Assembly (NCBI RefSeq): GCF_001194135.2
Contig: NC_068982.1
Location: 48,525,519-48,580,950, forward strand
Source of the DNA: Octopus bimaculoides
Taxonomy: Eukaryota
Length of the DNA: 55,432 bases
Reading direction: 5' to 3'
Shown: in pieces, positions 35,535 to 49,474 of the stretch
Position numbering within the stretch: position 1 is the stretch's first letter
How the letters are laid out: each line of letters begins with the position of its first letter
Notes under the pieces: model-generated
Seen by the model: the letters and a program-made list of their open reading frames with translations, nothing else
The model's database searches: none
Told to the model about the DNA's origin: nothing
Position numbers and translations under genes: made by a program

Positions 35535-35720
35535 AGAATGAAACTAGCAGCTGCAGCAGCAGCAGCTCATTTTGCATCCTCCTCCTCCTCCCCACCACCA
35601 CCACCATCATATCATCATCATCGTTAGTAGCTGAAATAGCAGTAGTAGCTGCAATGGTAGTAATGATGGATAGAATATTAGGGAGCAGCAGTTGCAGTAG
35701 TAGTAGTAGTAGTATTGATT
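35535..35720. repeat. Mosaic trinucleotide island (CAG, CCT, CAC, CAT, TAG)
   Basis: Directly visible. Confidence 0.9.
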
Positions 35721-35889
35721 CTAGTGCTGGGATGCAGCAGATAATAGTCGCTGGTAGCAATGGTACCAAAGATAGTTTGTAATAGTATTTATGTTGTGGA
35801 AGTAATGGTATTGATTTAGGTAGAGGTAAATATAAAAAAAAATCATTATAGTCATAATTATTATTATCATCATTATTATTATTATTATT

Positions 35890-36103
35890 ATGAGGTAGTG
35901 CGCTGGCAGAATCATTAGCATGCTGGACAAAAGGCTAAGCAGCATTTTGTCTGTCTTTATGTCCTGTGTTCAAATTCTGACAAAGTTGACTTTACCTTTC
36001 GTCCGTTCAGGATTGATAAAATTAAGCATCAGTGAAACATTGAGTCGATGTAATCAACTAGTCCCCTTCCTTGTAGAAAGGATTATTATTATAGTAGAAA
36101 GGA

Positions 36104-36168
<65 letters not shown>

Positions 36169-36600
36169 GAGGTGGTGAGCTGACAGAATCATTAGCACAC
36201 CGGGCAAAATGGGTATCGACATTTTGCCTGTCCTTACATTCTGTGTTCAAATTCTGACAAAGTCAACTTTGCCTTTCGTTATTTCAGGGTTGATAAAATA
36301 AGTACCAGTTGAGTATTGGGGTCGATGTGATCGACTTATGCCTTTCCCCAAGATTGCTGGCTTTGTGCCAAAATTTGAAACCCTTATTATGAGGCAGTGA
36401 ACTGGCAGACACATTAGTGCGCTGGATATATTGCTTAGCAGCATTTTCTCTACTTTTTATGTTCTGAGTTCAAATCACTGAGATTGACATTGCATTTCCT
36501 CCTTTTGAGGCTGATAAAATAATTACCATTTGAACACTGGGGTCAATTTAATTGAGTAGCCCTTTACTCAAAATTGCAGGCCTCATGCCAATGATAGAAA
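35890..36600 (+). mobile_element. Three tandem SINE family D copies separated by (TTA)n
   Basis: GAGG.GG.GAGCTGGCAGA..CATTAGCA heads at about 35892, 36170 and 36390. Confidence 0.8.
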
Positions 36601-36829
36601 ATATTATTATTACTGGACAAAATACTATGCTGTATTTTATTTCAGTTGAAATCCCACTGAAGTGAACTGTGCCTTTTACTGTTACAGGGTCAATAAAGTA
36701 AAGTACCTTATTAAGTACTCAAGTTGTCCTAATCATTTAACCCTCACCTTTCCACAAGTATTAGACCTTATGTCTGTATTTAAAAACAATTACTGCCATA
36801 AAAAGATTGGTTGAATTGGCAGAATTATG

Positions 36830-36985
36830 GACCCCAGTGTTTCACTGTTATTTAATTCATTGACCCTGAAAGAATGAAAGGAAAATCAACCTCGGTGGAA
36901 TTTGAACTCAGAATGTAAAGATGGATGAAATGCTGCTAAGCTTTTTACTCAGCATGCTAATAATTTTGCCAGTTTGCTGCCTTAA
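36830..36985 (-). mobile_element. SINE family D
   Basis: Shared conserved block. Confidence 0.75.
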
Positions 36986-37536
36986 TCAGGAGTTAAATAA
37001 TAACAATATGACAACTAGCATAATCATCACTGTTACCTTGAGTAAATAAGGGTGTTTATGTTCTTGGCTCTACTTACTTAAAACAACAACCAAATCTTCT
37101 TAAAATCACACCTACTATCTTAAAAATTAAATATATTTTTAGATGCAACATGTCTGAGAAAATGGGAAGATGATCTGTGCTGGAATAATATTGCTTAATG
37201 GTGTGCTCAGTCAGGTCCGGCCAGGGGCTAAACTGTATAAATAACAAAATACACTACTTCAACACAAATCTGTCTGCAGATACGCATATGTATGTGTTTG
37301 AATATATGCATATATGTTTGTCTACATATATTCATGTATCTGCATAAATGTTTGCATATATGCATAGGTTTGCATCTGTGCAAATATGTCTGCCTAAATG
37401 CATATTTGGATGTCTGCATATCTACATAAAAGTAGGTGCCTGTGAATATAAATATGTGCATGCATTTATGAATATATGTGTGTATTTGAATAGATTTATA
37501 CATATGTACAATTGCATATATGTATATTAATGCATA

Positions 37537-37589
<53 letters not shown>

Positions 37590-38288
37590 GTGTGTGACTG
37601 CATACTTGTACATATATTACTGCCTATATGCCTATATTTATGTGTATGAATAAATGATTATATGCAAGCAGGTTTGAATATGAGTGGTGAGTGCCAAGAG
37701 AGGAGGTTGAAAAACCTGTTAAAGATATTATTTTCATAACAGATTTTTTATTTATTATTTCTAATCATTTATTTCTTTGTTGAAATTAGTGTTAAGATCA
37801 CGATAAGAATATCAGAATGAGAACTTATCACTAGCTAGAGTGGCAGTGTTTGTGGGTGAAGAACTTAATGAAGAAGATACTGACTCTGGTAGTAATAATG
37901 ACAGGAAATATTTAATCTGAACATAGAAGAGGGAACAGAGTAAGAGGAGTGAAAACAAACAAATAAAATAAACAACGGCAGAACAAAACAGAAGAAAACA
38001 AAACAAACAACTACAAAACACCAAGAGTAAACAAACTAAACAATTTAGGTGATGATTCTAAAGAATAAAGAAACTATAACTATAAAATCAACAAAATCGA
38101 AAGATATTGAATACAAATAGGTTAAAATCAATAAGCCATTGAACATAATGTATCTCATAGTGAAAAACTTTGGCTTCAAATTGCAAGTCAGGAAGTAGAG
38201 AGAAACAAACAGGAGTGAGTAAAATTATCAACTACAGCTACGATGAAGACATTAAAAAAAAAGAAGCATTTTTCTTTTTTTTTCCATA

Positions 38289-38677
38289 GGCATAAGTGTG
38301 GCTGTGTGGTAAGAGGCTGGCTTCCCAGCCATGTAGTTCTGGATTCAGTGCCACTGTGTGACACCTTGGTCAAGTGTCTTCTACAATAACCTGGGGCTGA
38401 TCAAAGCCTTGTGAGAGGATCTGGTAAAAAGAAACTGAAAGAAGCCCATCATATATGTGTGTGTGTGTGATCGTGTATGTTTGTGTCTGCTTTTGTCACC
38501 CAGTACCACTTGACAATTTGTGTTGGTGTGTTTATGTCCCCATAACATAGCAGTTCAACAATAGAGATTGACAGAATAAATACCAGGCTTAACAAAAAAT
38601 TGACAAAAAATTCTTCAAGGTAGTGATCCAGAATGGTTGTAGTCTAATGACTGAAGCAAGTAAAAGATAAAAGATAG
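38289..38677 (+). mobile_element. SINE family B, full length
   Basis: Head GGCATAAGTGTGGCTGTGTGGTAAG through the AGTAAAAGATAAAAGA tail. Confidence 0.85.
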
Positions 38678-39703
38678 AAGAAATGGGTTTCATGAATAAG
38701 CAGAGATGTTAATGTTTAGCTTCATGTTGATCCAGATTGAGAACAATCTGATAAAAGACACTTCTGCTGTGACTATACTAGCTTCATTTGGCATAACGTA
38801 GTTAAGATTACACAATACAGTGTGCTGTTCTTTTCATTTTAAAGACATGTTGTGACTTGAAGGATATTTGGTTCTTATTTCTAGAATGTTGGGTAACCAC
38901 ATAAAATCTGCCAAATTAGTTCACAAGCAGAGATGTGAAGCTTGATGGTGATGCTATTGCCTTAGTATTTTTGATGGGAATACAGTAGTAGAAGTGTATG
39001 GGGTGTCAGGGAGCGGTAGCAATTTTGACAGAGGAACACTTTGTATTCTTAGGGGTAGTTTTTCCATGTTGGTCTCCACAGGGGACCTAAATTCCCCGTG
39101 GCTCCAAGTAGCTGTTTGTATATGATGGTGGCCACACCTCAGTAAACCACTTCACACACACAGGCACACACACACGCACACACATACAGATGAGGGTAGC
39201 TAATGAGTATGTAACAGCTGAGTTAGGCCTTACCTATCTATGCATGTGAAAACCAGATCCAATAGATTCTGTAGAAGAAATCTTCATGGCTCAACATAAA
39301 AAACCTGTATTTTAGAATGTATTGCAGCAATGCATTGTAAAATGCAGAAAGAAAAATTAGGCAAGCAAGACAGCTAGGTCATCCACTTCATCTGTCTCTA
39401 TCCTCAATCATCTTCGCCTGGTCTTGCCATTGGATTGAAGATGGTCATGGATGAGAGAGTGAGACTGACAGTCGGCATTTCTTCCTCACTTTAAATAAAA
39501 GTTTCTGTGCAAGTCATCAGTCATCTCCAGGATGACTGGATGGTCATTATCACCCTGATGGATGAACATGAGTGAGAAGCAGAACTGACAAAAGGTATAC
39601 CAGCGTCAAATATAAATGCATTACAGGCCACCAAAGTTGATTTAGTCTTTCTTTATTGGAGAATTATGAAAAGATTCATATCTGTTACTGTTAACTTTCA
39701 TAG

Positions 39704-39742
39704 AGAATTTGGGAGTTATTCCCAAGACCTGGAGAAACTCGA
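39704..39742 (+). CDS. Candidate coding micro-exon (RIWELFPRPGETR), phase 0 to 0
   Basis: TTAACTTTCATAG|...CGA|GTAAGT (consensus donor); 39 nt. Confidence 0.6.
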
Positions 39743-39907
39743 GTAAGTATAATTAAGTGAACTACTTCAAGATGCAATAAAGTACCTTCAATAGATTTGA
39801 ACTCATGAACCAGAGGAAGACAGCAGTGCCTGCTTAATTCAGTGTTTGGCACAAAGAAAAGAAGAAAAAAGAGTAAAACCTACCATTGAAAAACCTGCAA
39901 ATACATG

Positions 39908-39948
<41 letters not shown>

Positions 39949-40216
39949 CATTCATAAGCCCTATGACAGCAAAGATTTTCCTGGTTCCTTCAGAGGAACA
40001 AATACTCAATCAATCCTAAATGCTATTTTCCCATTATGGATTGATTGGATAAAGGGCAATGCTCATGACCTTTTGAAGTGTCCCTGAGAACATTATGAAA
40101 GAAGTAGGATGGGGTCATGTGTTGTTGATTGTTGTAGTAGGAAACAGCATCTCAAGATATTGTGCTATATTATTAAAGCTGATACCAGGTCTGCTAAAGA
40201 ATGGATTCCTCTAAAT

Positions 40217-40500
40217 TAGTGGTTCTCAACCAGTGTCATTATAAGATTATGGTGGGTTCACTTAAGCAAAATAATCCACAGTATCATTTTGATGGTTCAT
40301 GAAAACAGTTTGCTATAGATGTATTTATTGCAAGGAACAGCTAGGTTTCTTTCTCTAATGTTTTATGCAGTTCAACCTATGCAAGTTAACATGTGATGAA
40401 CAAGACAGAAATTTTGAAAGAAATATCTATAAAATTAGTTTTCAAACATCAAATGGCTATGGGGGTCTACCAAAATAAAATAGTAACCAATAGGGTCTCA
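40217..40500. mobile_element. hAT MITE, right end lost at a retroelement insertion
   Basis: TAGTGGTTCTCAACC left end; interior matches 27083-27433. Confidence 0.7.
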
Positions 40501-40804
40501 TCATCATCATTATCATCGTTTAACGTCCGCTTTCCACGCTAGCATGGGTTGGACGATTTGACTGACAACTGATGAAACCAGATGGCTACACCAAGCTCCA
40601 ATCTGATTTGGCAGAGTTTCTACAGCTGGATGCCCTTCCTAACACCAACCACTCCGAGAGTGTAGTGGGTGCTTTTACGTGCCACCGGTATGAAGGCCAG
40701 TCAGACGGTACTGGCAACGGCGACGCTCAAAATGGTGTAATTTACGTGCCACCCGCACAAGAGCCAGTCCAACGGCACTGGCAATGATCTCGCTCGAAAG
40801 TCCT
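40501..40804 (-). mobile_element. RTE-type 3' tail running into a gap
   Basis: Near-identical to 13081-13400. Confidence 0.85.
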
Positions 40805-41648
40805 NNNNNNNNNNNNNNNNNNNNNNNNNNNNNNNNNNNNNNNNNNNNNNNNNNNNNNNNNNNNNNNNNNNNNNNNNNNNNNNNNNNNNNNNNNNNNNNN
40901 NNNNNNNNNNNNNNNNNNNNNNNNNNNNNNNNNNNNNNNNNNNNNNNNNNNNNNNNNNNNNNNNNNNNNNNNNNNNNNNNNNNNNNNNNNNNNNNNNNNN
41001 NNNNNNNNNNNNNNNNNNNNNNNNNNNNNNNNNNNNNNNNNNNNNNNNNNNNNNNNNNNNNNNNNNNNNNNNNNNNNNNNNNNNNNNNNNNNNNNNNNNN
41101 NNNNNNNNNNNNNNNNNNNNNNNNNNNNNNNNNNNNNNNNNNNNNNNNNNNNNNNNNNNNNNNNNNNNNNNNNNNNNNNNNNNNNNNNNNNNNNNNNNNN
41201 NNNNNNNNNNNNNNNNNNNNNNNNNNNNNNNNNNNNNNNNNNNNNNNNNNNNNNNNNNNNNNNNNNNNNNNNNNNNNNNNNNNNNNNNNNNNNNNNNNNN
41301 NNNNNNNNNNNNNNNNNNNNNNNNNNNNNNNNNNNNNNNNNNNNNNNNNNNNNNNNNNNNNNNNNNNNNNNNNNNNNNNNNNNNNNNNNNNNNNNNNNNN
41401 NNNNNNNNNNNNNNNNNNNNNNNNNNNNNNNNNNNNNNNNNNNNNNNNNNNNNNNNNNNNNNNNNNNNNNNNNNNNNNNNNNNNNNNNNNNNNNNNNNNN
41501 NNNNNNNNNNNNNNNNNNNNNNNNNNNNNNNNNNNNNNNNNNNNNNNNNNNNNNNNNNNNNNNNNNNNNNNNNNNNNNNNNNNNNNNNNNNNNNNNNNNN
41601 NNNNNNNNNNNNNNNNNNNNNNNNNNNNNNNNNNNNNNNNNNNNNNNN
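40805..41648. other. Assembly gap (844 N)
   Basis: N run. Confidence 0.99.
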
Positions 41649-41797
41649 GTTCACGTCCCCGTAACTTAGCAGTTCGGCAAAAGAGACCGATAGAATAAGT
41701 ACTAGGCTTACCAATAATAAGTCGTGGGGTCGATTTGCTCGACTACAAGTGGTGTTCCAGCATGGCCACAGTCAAATGACTGAAACAAGTAAAAGAG
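41649..41797 (+). mobile_element. SINE family B 3' part (young)
   Basis: Close reverse complement of about 42620-42765. Confidence 0.85.
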
Positions 41798-42300
41798 TAA
41801 GTATTTTGCCTGGCATTCTAATGATTCTGCTATTGTGTGGCCCTGATATGATATTTCAATATTACACACCAACTGTTTCTGACTCTTTAGAACTTTGACA
41901 AAAGCTACATTTTGCTCCTGTCATAAGCAAAGTCTTCAAACATATATAACACAAGAAACTGCATGAAAATTGCCAGTCTACCCATTTTACTATCTCTTAG
42001 ACGGATAAATTCTTGCCAAACAGGTTAATCACAGCACCTACATACAGTATTTTCTCAGACACATGTTCTATAAACTTGGTTATGGTATGTCTCATGGCTA
42101 GCTCTCTTTTATTGCACCTTCTGATCAATAATGATATTACAGTTAGTGCCAAACACTGCACAGTCCTATGGAGATAATACCACTTATGCATACAGGCATC
42201 ATTCACCCAAAATAAAACCCCTTATACTACACTTACTCATCAATGAGCATCAGTCTTAAAAACATCACAGGATAAAGAAATTACAACTTAGTCTTCTTAA

Positions 42301-42559
42301 CCCTTTTACTGCAGAAATCAGATATATCCACCCAAAATTTCATTACCCCTTAGCTGCAAAAAGCAATTTGATATATCTACCTATCTTTTGTTGAGGAATG
42401 TCATATTTGAAACTATTTTCTGTTGAGATATATCAAGTTTACTGAGGCAACGTGACTTGCAGAAAATAGCAGACAATATCATTCTATTTCTTGAATTTCT
42501 TTGTAGATATTTAACATTGTTACTGGAAAATCATGAAATCTAATTTTACCGTGAAAGGG
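42301..42559. mobile_element. piggyBac-like MITE
   Basis: TTAA|CCCTTTTAC...GTGAAAGGG|TTAA. Confidence 0.8.
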
Positions 42560-42619
42560 TTAAAGAAAACCAAAACCCTTTCACTCATTAAGGAAACAGA
42601 CAACATCTTTTCTCTCTCT

Positions 42620-43003
42620 TTACTTACTTGTTTCAGTCATTTGACTGTGGCCATGCTGGAGCACTGCCTGTAGTCGAGCAAATCGACCCCAGGACTTATT
42701 CTTTGTAAGCCTAGTACTTATTCTATCGGTCTCTTTTGCCGAACCGCTAAGTGACGGGGACGTAAACACACCAGCATCGGTTGTCAAGCAATGCTAGGGG
42801 GGACAAACACAGACACACAAACACACACACACACATATATACATATATACGACAGGCTTCTTTCAGTTTCCATTTACCAAATCCACTCACAAGGCTTTGG
42901 TCGGCCCGAGGCTATAGTAGAAGACACTTGCCCAAGGTGCCACGCAGTGGGACTGAACCCAGAACCATGTGGTTGGTAAGCAAGCTACTTACCACACAGC
43001 CAC
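42620..43003 (-). mobile_element. SINE family B, young full-length copy
   Basis: tRNA-like head TGGCTGTGTGGTAAG..GGGTTCAGTCCCACTGCG, CpGs retained, tail TGAAACAAGTAAGTAAA. Confidence 0.92.
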
Positions 43004-43296
43004 TCTCTGCTCACAAAAACTTCACAACTAAAATCTTAAACTATTTTCTTTTTCATTTTAAAATATTTTCCAGTTTACCTTTTGTATGCAACCAATACAG
43101 AAACAATACAGAGTGCAGCAAAAACAAACAAGACCCCCCCACCCACAGCTCTGCAAAAAACTCAGATTCACCATTCTTGATATATATTTCAACAGCAGAT
43201 GCACAGTGTGCACATCTCCAAACATTGATTGTAACTACACAGAAACAATAAACCTGCATGAAGACACTGTTATCACCAGCCCTACTTTACTTATCC

Positions 43297-43908
43297 TTTC
43301 TACTATAGGCACAAGGCCTGAAATTTGGGGGAGGGGGTAGTTGGTTTCATCGACCCCAGTGTGTTACTGATTCTTATTTAATCAACCCCGAAAGGTTGAA
43401 AGGCAAAGTCAACCTTGGCAGAATTTGAACTCAGAATGTAGTGACAGGTGAAATACTGCTAAGCAGTTTGTCCAGTGTGCTAACGATTCTGCCAGCTTAC
43501 TACCAACTTTACTTATACAATACCAATGATCATATAAAATATGGGAGGTCTTTCTGTCACACCCTGTATATCTGATCTATCATGTCTTATGTTAGTCCTG
43601 CTTAGGCCTCAATCTTTTTTACACAAATTACTACAAACTGCAAATAGAATAAAATACTACATTTGGCATCACCACAGATTTCTTACAGATCCTTGTTACT
43701 GATTACTAAAATCCTTTCTACAATAGGCATAAGGCCTGAAATTTTAGGTTAGGGGCCTAGTCGATTACATCAATCCCAGTACTCAACTGGTACTAATTTT
43801 ATCAACCCTGAAAGGATGAAAGACAAAACCAACCCCAGCAGAATTTGAGCTCAAAATGTTAAGCATTTTGCTTGGCATGCTAACAATTCTCCCAGCTCAC
43901 CACCTTAA
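43297..43908 (-). mobile_element. Two SINE family D copies (43297-43503 and 43715-43908)
   Basis: Shared conserved block. Confidence 0.8.
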
Positions 43909-45780
43909 AGATTACTATAATAAAATCAAAAATACTCCAGGATGACAGACCACCTGAACATATCAGGAGTAAAAGATTTTGTTGCTGAAAGCTCTTATGC
44001 ATACACACCTGTAGGTCAAACACCATAAGTATTATGAAACATCTACATATGAAGAAAACTTATTCATCCACACAGAACAGAGTAATGTAGCAACCACATA
44101 TGTACAAAAATCGCACTAACGATGTCAATAACATCAACATTGTGATTAAGCCTAACTTAATCACCTCTCCTATGAGTCTCATCAGAATCTAGAAGGATAC
44201 ATAGATAAATCAAATAGTATAGAATCTGCAACATGTCCCAACAGAGTATCATAGAATAAAAAACTGCAATCTCGAATGTATAATTAAGTCCTTTATCAAA
44301 CTAAAGTATGTTTAGAGTAATAGAATTATAGATTTCACATAGCTGTTATCTCCATGTTCTATGTTTGTTTGATTAGGATAAATGATCAGAGTTTTGAAGC
44401 AACAACTAAAAACCAACACAAATTTTGCAAATGCTATACATCAAAATCTCTGATGATTCTTTATGGTGACTAATTTGAGAGAACTATGCTCTAATATGTA
44501 AGTTTCCTTGCCAGTATCAGAAAATATTTCAATCATGATCAACTATTGATTGTCCATAAACTCTAGTGCAATCAACATTACAGTGCTACTAATATATCTT
44601 GGGTAGTTCAGCTCCCCCACCACACGCACACATTCTTGACTGCATCCCCACTTTTTAATCAATGAGTCAATGAGTTTATAGTCTTTATACTAGATTCACA
44701 TCATCACTCTTATTTACATCGATCTAAATGAATTAATGAGTAAGCTCCAACATGATCACACACTCTAATCAAAGCAATAGCTAAATCTCCCTCATATGAG
44801 ATCCCACAGCCTTAAAAAAATTAACTCTATCATAAGAATAATGCTAAAATGTTGGTCAGTTCAACAACTACAAATATTTGCAAGTAGTATTTTAAGCCTT
44901 GATTTTATGGTAAAGTTAATTATCTAACGTCATATTGTAGAAACTGTACAATAAATCAAGAGCAGTAATTTTTGTTCTCTATGGAGTATTTCATTTAATG
45001 AATCAATGCATTATTTGTGGATAATTTTGAATCATTAATCTCTTGGTTAGGAGACTAGTATGTTCATACTTCCTAGTGCTTATGTATTTATGTTAAAATA
45101 TGTTTGTGAGAATATAAACTAGATAGCAAATCAAATTAAATTGGCTTTAATTCAAACATGTGACTAATGTAATTTTGACATTATTCAGCCATGCAGGAGA
45201 ATATCTAAAATAAACTGTAATTGAGAAATAATTCAGACCTTCGGTCTCTAGCACATATTTAGTATTATTTTAATCTCATTCTCAGTTCTGAGGTTTTTAT
45301 TCCGATTCTCTCCCCAAATAAATAAATAAATAAACAAATAAAATAAAGTAAAAAATGAATATATATATATATATATCTATATATATATATATATATATAA
45401 ACCTTTCACATATGATTTTAGCAATATTTGCAATATATTGATCATTACTGAATTGCTTTGAAAACATCTGATCAATGTATTCTGCAGCTTTTATCATTCT
45501 CAGCAAAGCTAGATAACCCTGAACATTCTGTACAACACATTTTTAGCCAAATCAGCAGCTTCTCATCATTAATTCATTGAAGAATGCAGATCGTTTCCTT
45601 TTATTTAGATTCTGTTGAAGTCTAGGATGCATAAAATCTTCATTTAATTAAATTTATATCTTCTTCCTAAGATGCAGGCTGGTATCATATAATTTTAATT
45701 TTAACTTTGGGACAATGTATTTATCACAGAAGCAAAATGGCAATCCTTCTTGTGACTGTTTTTTTTAATGACTTAGCCAG

Positions 45781-45825
45781 GAAGAAGGGGAAATGCTCAT
45801 AACCTTTGCAGTCCCTTCAAGACAG
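45781..45825 (+). CDS. Candidate coding micro-exon (EEGEMLITFAVPSRQ), phase 0 to 0
   Basis: TTTTTTTTAATGACTTAGCCAG|GAA...CAG|GTGAGA; a competing AG lies 4 nt upstream. Confidence 0.55.
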
Positions 45826-45954
45826 GTGAGATGATATGAGAATGATCAGTTAGAACATCTACAAGTTGATAACATCTATAAGACAAATGATGGCATAAAA
45901 TAAATACTGGAACATTGGATATTCTTGGGAAGAAAAATTAGACAGTATAACACT

Positions 45955-46432
45955 TTGGGCAAGTGTCTTCTACTATAGTCTCAGGCTGACCAAAACTTTG
46001 TAAAGGGATTTGATAGAAGGAAACTGAAAGAGGCTTGTTGTATACATACATAAATACATACAAACAGACAGACAGATTGAGAGAAAAAGAGATAGACATA
46101 GAGATAGAGATATCTTTTTATTATAACCACACAGGGCTAAATACAGAGATAGAGATAGATAGACAGACAGATAGATAAATAGATAGAGATAAAAAGATAG
46201 ATGTATATANNNNNNNNNNNNNNNNNNNNNNNNNNNNNTATGCATGAATAAAATCTCTGTATGTGTGTGTTTGTCCCACACACACACATCACTGCTTGAC
46301 AAACAGAGTTGGTTTGCTTACATCCCCATAACTTTAAGACAAAATAAATATTGGGGTCAAATTATTCCACTAAAATGCTGCAAGGTGATTCCCCAGCATA
46401 GCCACAGTCCAATGACTGTAACAAGTAAAAGA
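45955..46432 (+). mobile_element. SINE family B lacking its head, with a microsatellite expansion and a gap
   Basis: TTGGGCAAGTGTCTTCTACTATAG...CCAGCATAGCCACAGTCCAATGACTG. Confidence 0.8.
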
Positions 46433-49065
46433 TAGTTGTTAGTGCAAGATCTAGGAAAGAGAAGGCACAAAATAGGTGCCCAGAAGAGGAGAGACGGGAG
46501 CGTGAATGGCACTGTGGTATTCAACTAGCAGATTTAGAGCAGCAGAGTCTTTACATTAGTAACAAAATAAACAATGGAAAAGAAATTGATTTGTCCTTAG
46601 GATAGATGTAGTGTGTTCATGAGAAAACCTTTGGTAGTGAGATTTTGGAGTAGTTCTCAGCAGTTCACAACTGTGAGACTTGAACTTTGGCAAGGGTCAG
46701 AGTTCCAGCTGTCATGAAAATACTCTATTCACCAACTTTTAGTGTTTACAGAGGCAAGAGGTTCATACTGAGCACTTAAATTTTTCTTATTTACATTTGA
46801 CACTATTCTGTATGAGAGAGAGACAGAGAGAGAGAGACAGAGAGAGAGAGATGCATGTATGTATATACTTAGATGCATGTATATCATCTATGATTGTGTG
46901 TCTGTGCTTGTTCCCTACCAGCTTGTTACAAAGAACTAGTCTATCAGATGGTACTCATTATCTGATATTAAGATTTTATTTTTCAGTAATCTGGTATAAT
47001 AATGCTTAAACATATTCCTCAGATAAAATTATCATAAATGAAAACCTATTTTCTTAAACTGTCATAGCTTTAAAATTGGAATTATGGGTTGATATAAATA
47101 AATTCCTAAGAATTTTATCTACGTTTTTGTCACATTTTTGCAATCATATTGACTGAAGATGTCTAGCATATTAATCATTAGGTTGTTTCACACAAGCAGC
47201 TTCTAGCCATTTTGAAGTATTATCAAAAGTTGTACAAATATGTATATATTCTACAATGGTAGCCTCAATATGTAGAAACAAAAACATTAGTTTGTAACGG
47301 TTATGTTTGAGACTGATGGTTGTTGGGACATACTTATTTCCTCTTTCCATAAGAATTTTAACTTCATATTTTATTGAGGAAAGTTTGTGGGAATGTCTAT
47401 CCTAACTATCCTGTCTGTTTTAATTCAGTGTTTGATGACCTTTAAATTGATTTAGAATTGTGATAAAGGAAATTTTAGGTACAATTCTGATCCTTTCAAT
47501 ACCAGCCCACCTGAGACTGCCCTTGGTTTTATGATACAAACTTTCTGTTTTGAAGCAATCTAAATTATAACATTCTTTCAGAATTTCATGTTGATTTATG
47601 TTGCAAGCTACCAGATTAATATGGTTAATAAATTCTTCATTATTTTCAAAATTAATTGAATCAAAGGCAGTGTATTTCAACAGAAATATGGTAACAAAAG
47701 GGTAAATAAATCTGAAAGAGATACATATCAACCTCCAAAGCTAGTGTAGTATTGGAAAAAGATATAAGGAACATAACTGGTTTTACAGATAAGCAGCTCT
47801 TACCATAACACCTTTAAAGATTCTTCTTCAGCATTATTTAAAACCCCTGTGTACAATTACTACAGTTTTTGACAAGAAATGGTAAAAGAGAATATATTTG
47901 TATATTTGTATATAATTCTTTTTCTGATTGACAAGAAACAGAAGAACAAGAAATGGAAGGAAACTTTCTTTAATTGCAAACCAAACAAATCCCCTAAACT
48001 GGAGAAATTGACAGCACTATAGAAGATATCCCATTAATCAGATGGAATGGAACAGAGATCTTGGCTTGAGATTGATAGAATAAATGTGGATATTGCATGT
48101 GAAAACAAATCTAAATACAATAACTCCCAATGTTGTTACAATTACTACTGTTGTTGTTAAATTGTTGTGTTTTGGCATGAATGAATGTATTTTCAAACTG
48201 CTCCAAGACAACTTGATTATTATCAAGTTTACTGGATGAAGATTTTTCTTTCCTGGATTATTCTGCAAACAGGGAACTTTGAAATGTGTGGATGATCTAA
48301 TACTATGGTAGACGAAAATGATCTTGCTCTTAGGCATTATTTTATTTAGTCTGAAAGTTTTTTTTTTATTTACAGTGTATTCAAAATGACTTCTACTAAT
48401 AGAGGAGTAGGAAGAGGTGCTAAAAACAAAGAAAGAAGTAATGGATACCCATCAAAATGAATTAAGCTTTGAATGAACAAAAATTTAGAAAAAGAAGATA
48501 AGTAGAATAGAATTAATAAAAAAAAGAAAGAAACAGAAAAATTGGCAACCTCATAAACATAGATAATAATGATCTGACATTTGAAAACATAAACTTACAT
48601 GAGGAAAATAAAAGTACTAACAACAACAGCAACAATGCAAACTCATATGATATTAATGAAACTTATAAAAGCAACTCCTTTGCTATCAAGCAAAAGAGGC
48701 TTTTAGGCAAGAGTTGAATCTAATCAAAGGAAGAAACATAGCAGTAGTAAGTTACAAATACAAGTACCTCCTTGCTTGAAAGATTTACCAAGGAATAAAC
48801 AAAGTGTGACATACTTCTGCTGCACAAAGACCAGCAGGAGTGTCCATATATCTTCAAAGGAACAATTAAAGGAAATACTAGATGATGGATAGGATGATAT
48901 GTGCTCCACTGATAGGAGCAGGGTGTATGATATTGTATGTCAGGTTTTCAAAGCCAGGAAGTAGAACAAACTGGCTGACTACATATCTATCAATAGACTG
49001 GTGCACCAATATATGGGATTATGTAACATACTTTTTGTTACTTGTTTTCTTGTTTTCATAAATTA

Positions 49066-49474
49066 CCTAAATCCTCGAGTATAGTCCACCCTCGAGTATA
49101 ATACACAGGGAATTTTTAGGGGGCTGTACCCCTGAAAAACCTAAACCTTGTGTATAATACACACCCTTCTCTAACTTGAGTCAAGGAGGTTTATATAACG
49201 TCCTTGGTTTGTAAACGTATATACGGTAACGTCCTTTATTATTATTGTATATGTAACATAATGCAAACGTGGAGCTTTTTTGTGCATTTTGTTTGCAGAA
49301 AATAAAGAAATAACAGTAATAAAGTCAGTGAAAAATAAATATTAAGTAAATTGCCTTTACATATTTATTACTTAGAAAATATTTTTCATTTTTAACCTCG
49401 TATATAGTACACACTAGAAATTTTGACCTTTAAATTTTGGGAAAAAAGTGCAGATCATACTCGAGGATTTACGG
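49066..49474. mobile_element. pogo/Tigger-type MITE
   Basis: TA|CCTAAATCCTCGAGTAT / ATACTCGAGGATTTACGG|TA; internal second CTCGAGTATA. Confidence 0.8.

Noticed and set aside
37815-37920. Acidic open stretch NENLSLARVAVFVGEELNEEDTDS
   Set aside because: Weak acceptor, and 35500 joins 39704 in phase without it
39485-39535. Minus-strand CTGATGA...GAAAC with a 5-bp stem III
   Set aside because: No stem II or stem I pairing, and G at the cleavage position
47420-48960. Several short ORFs and decayed coding-like text
   Set aside because: No recognisable motif; frequent stops in all frames
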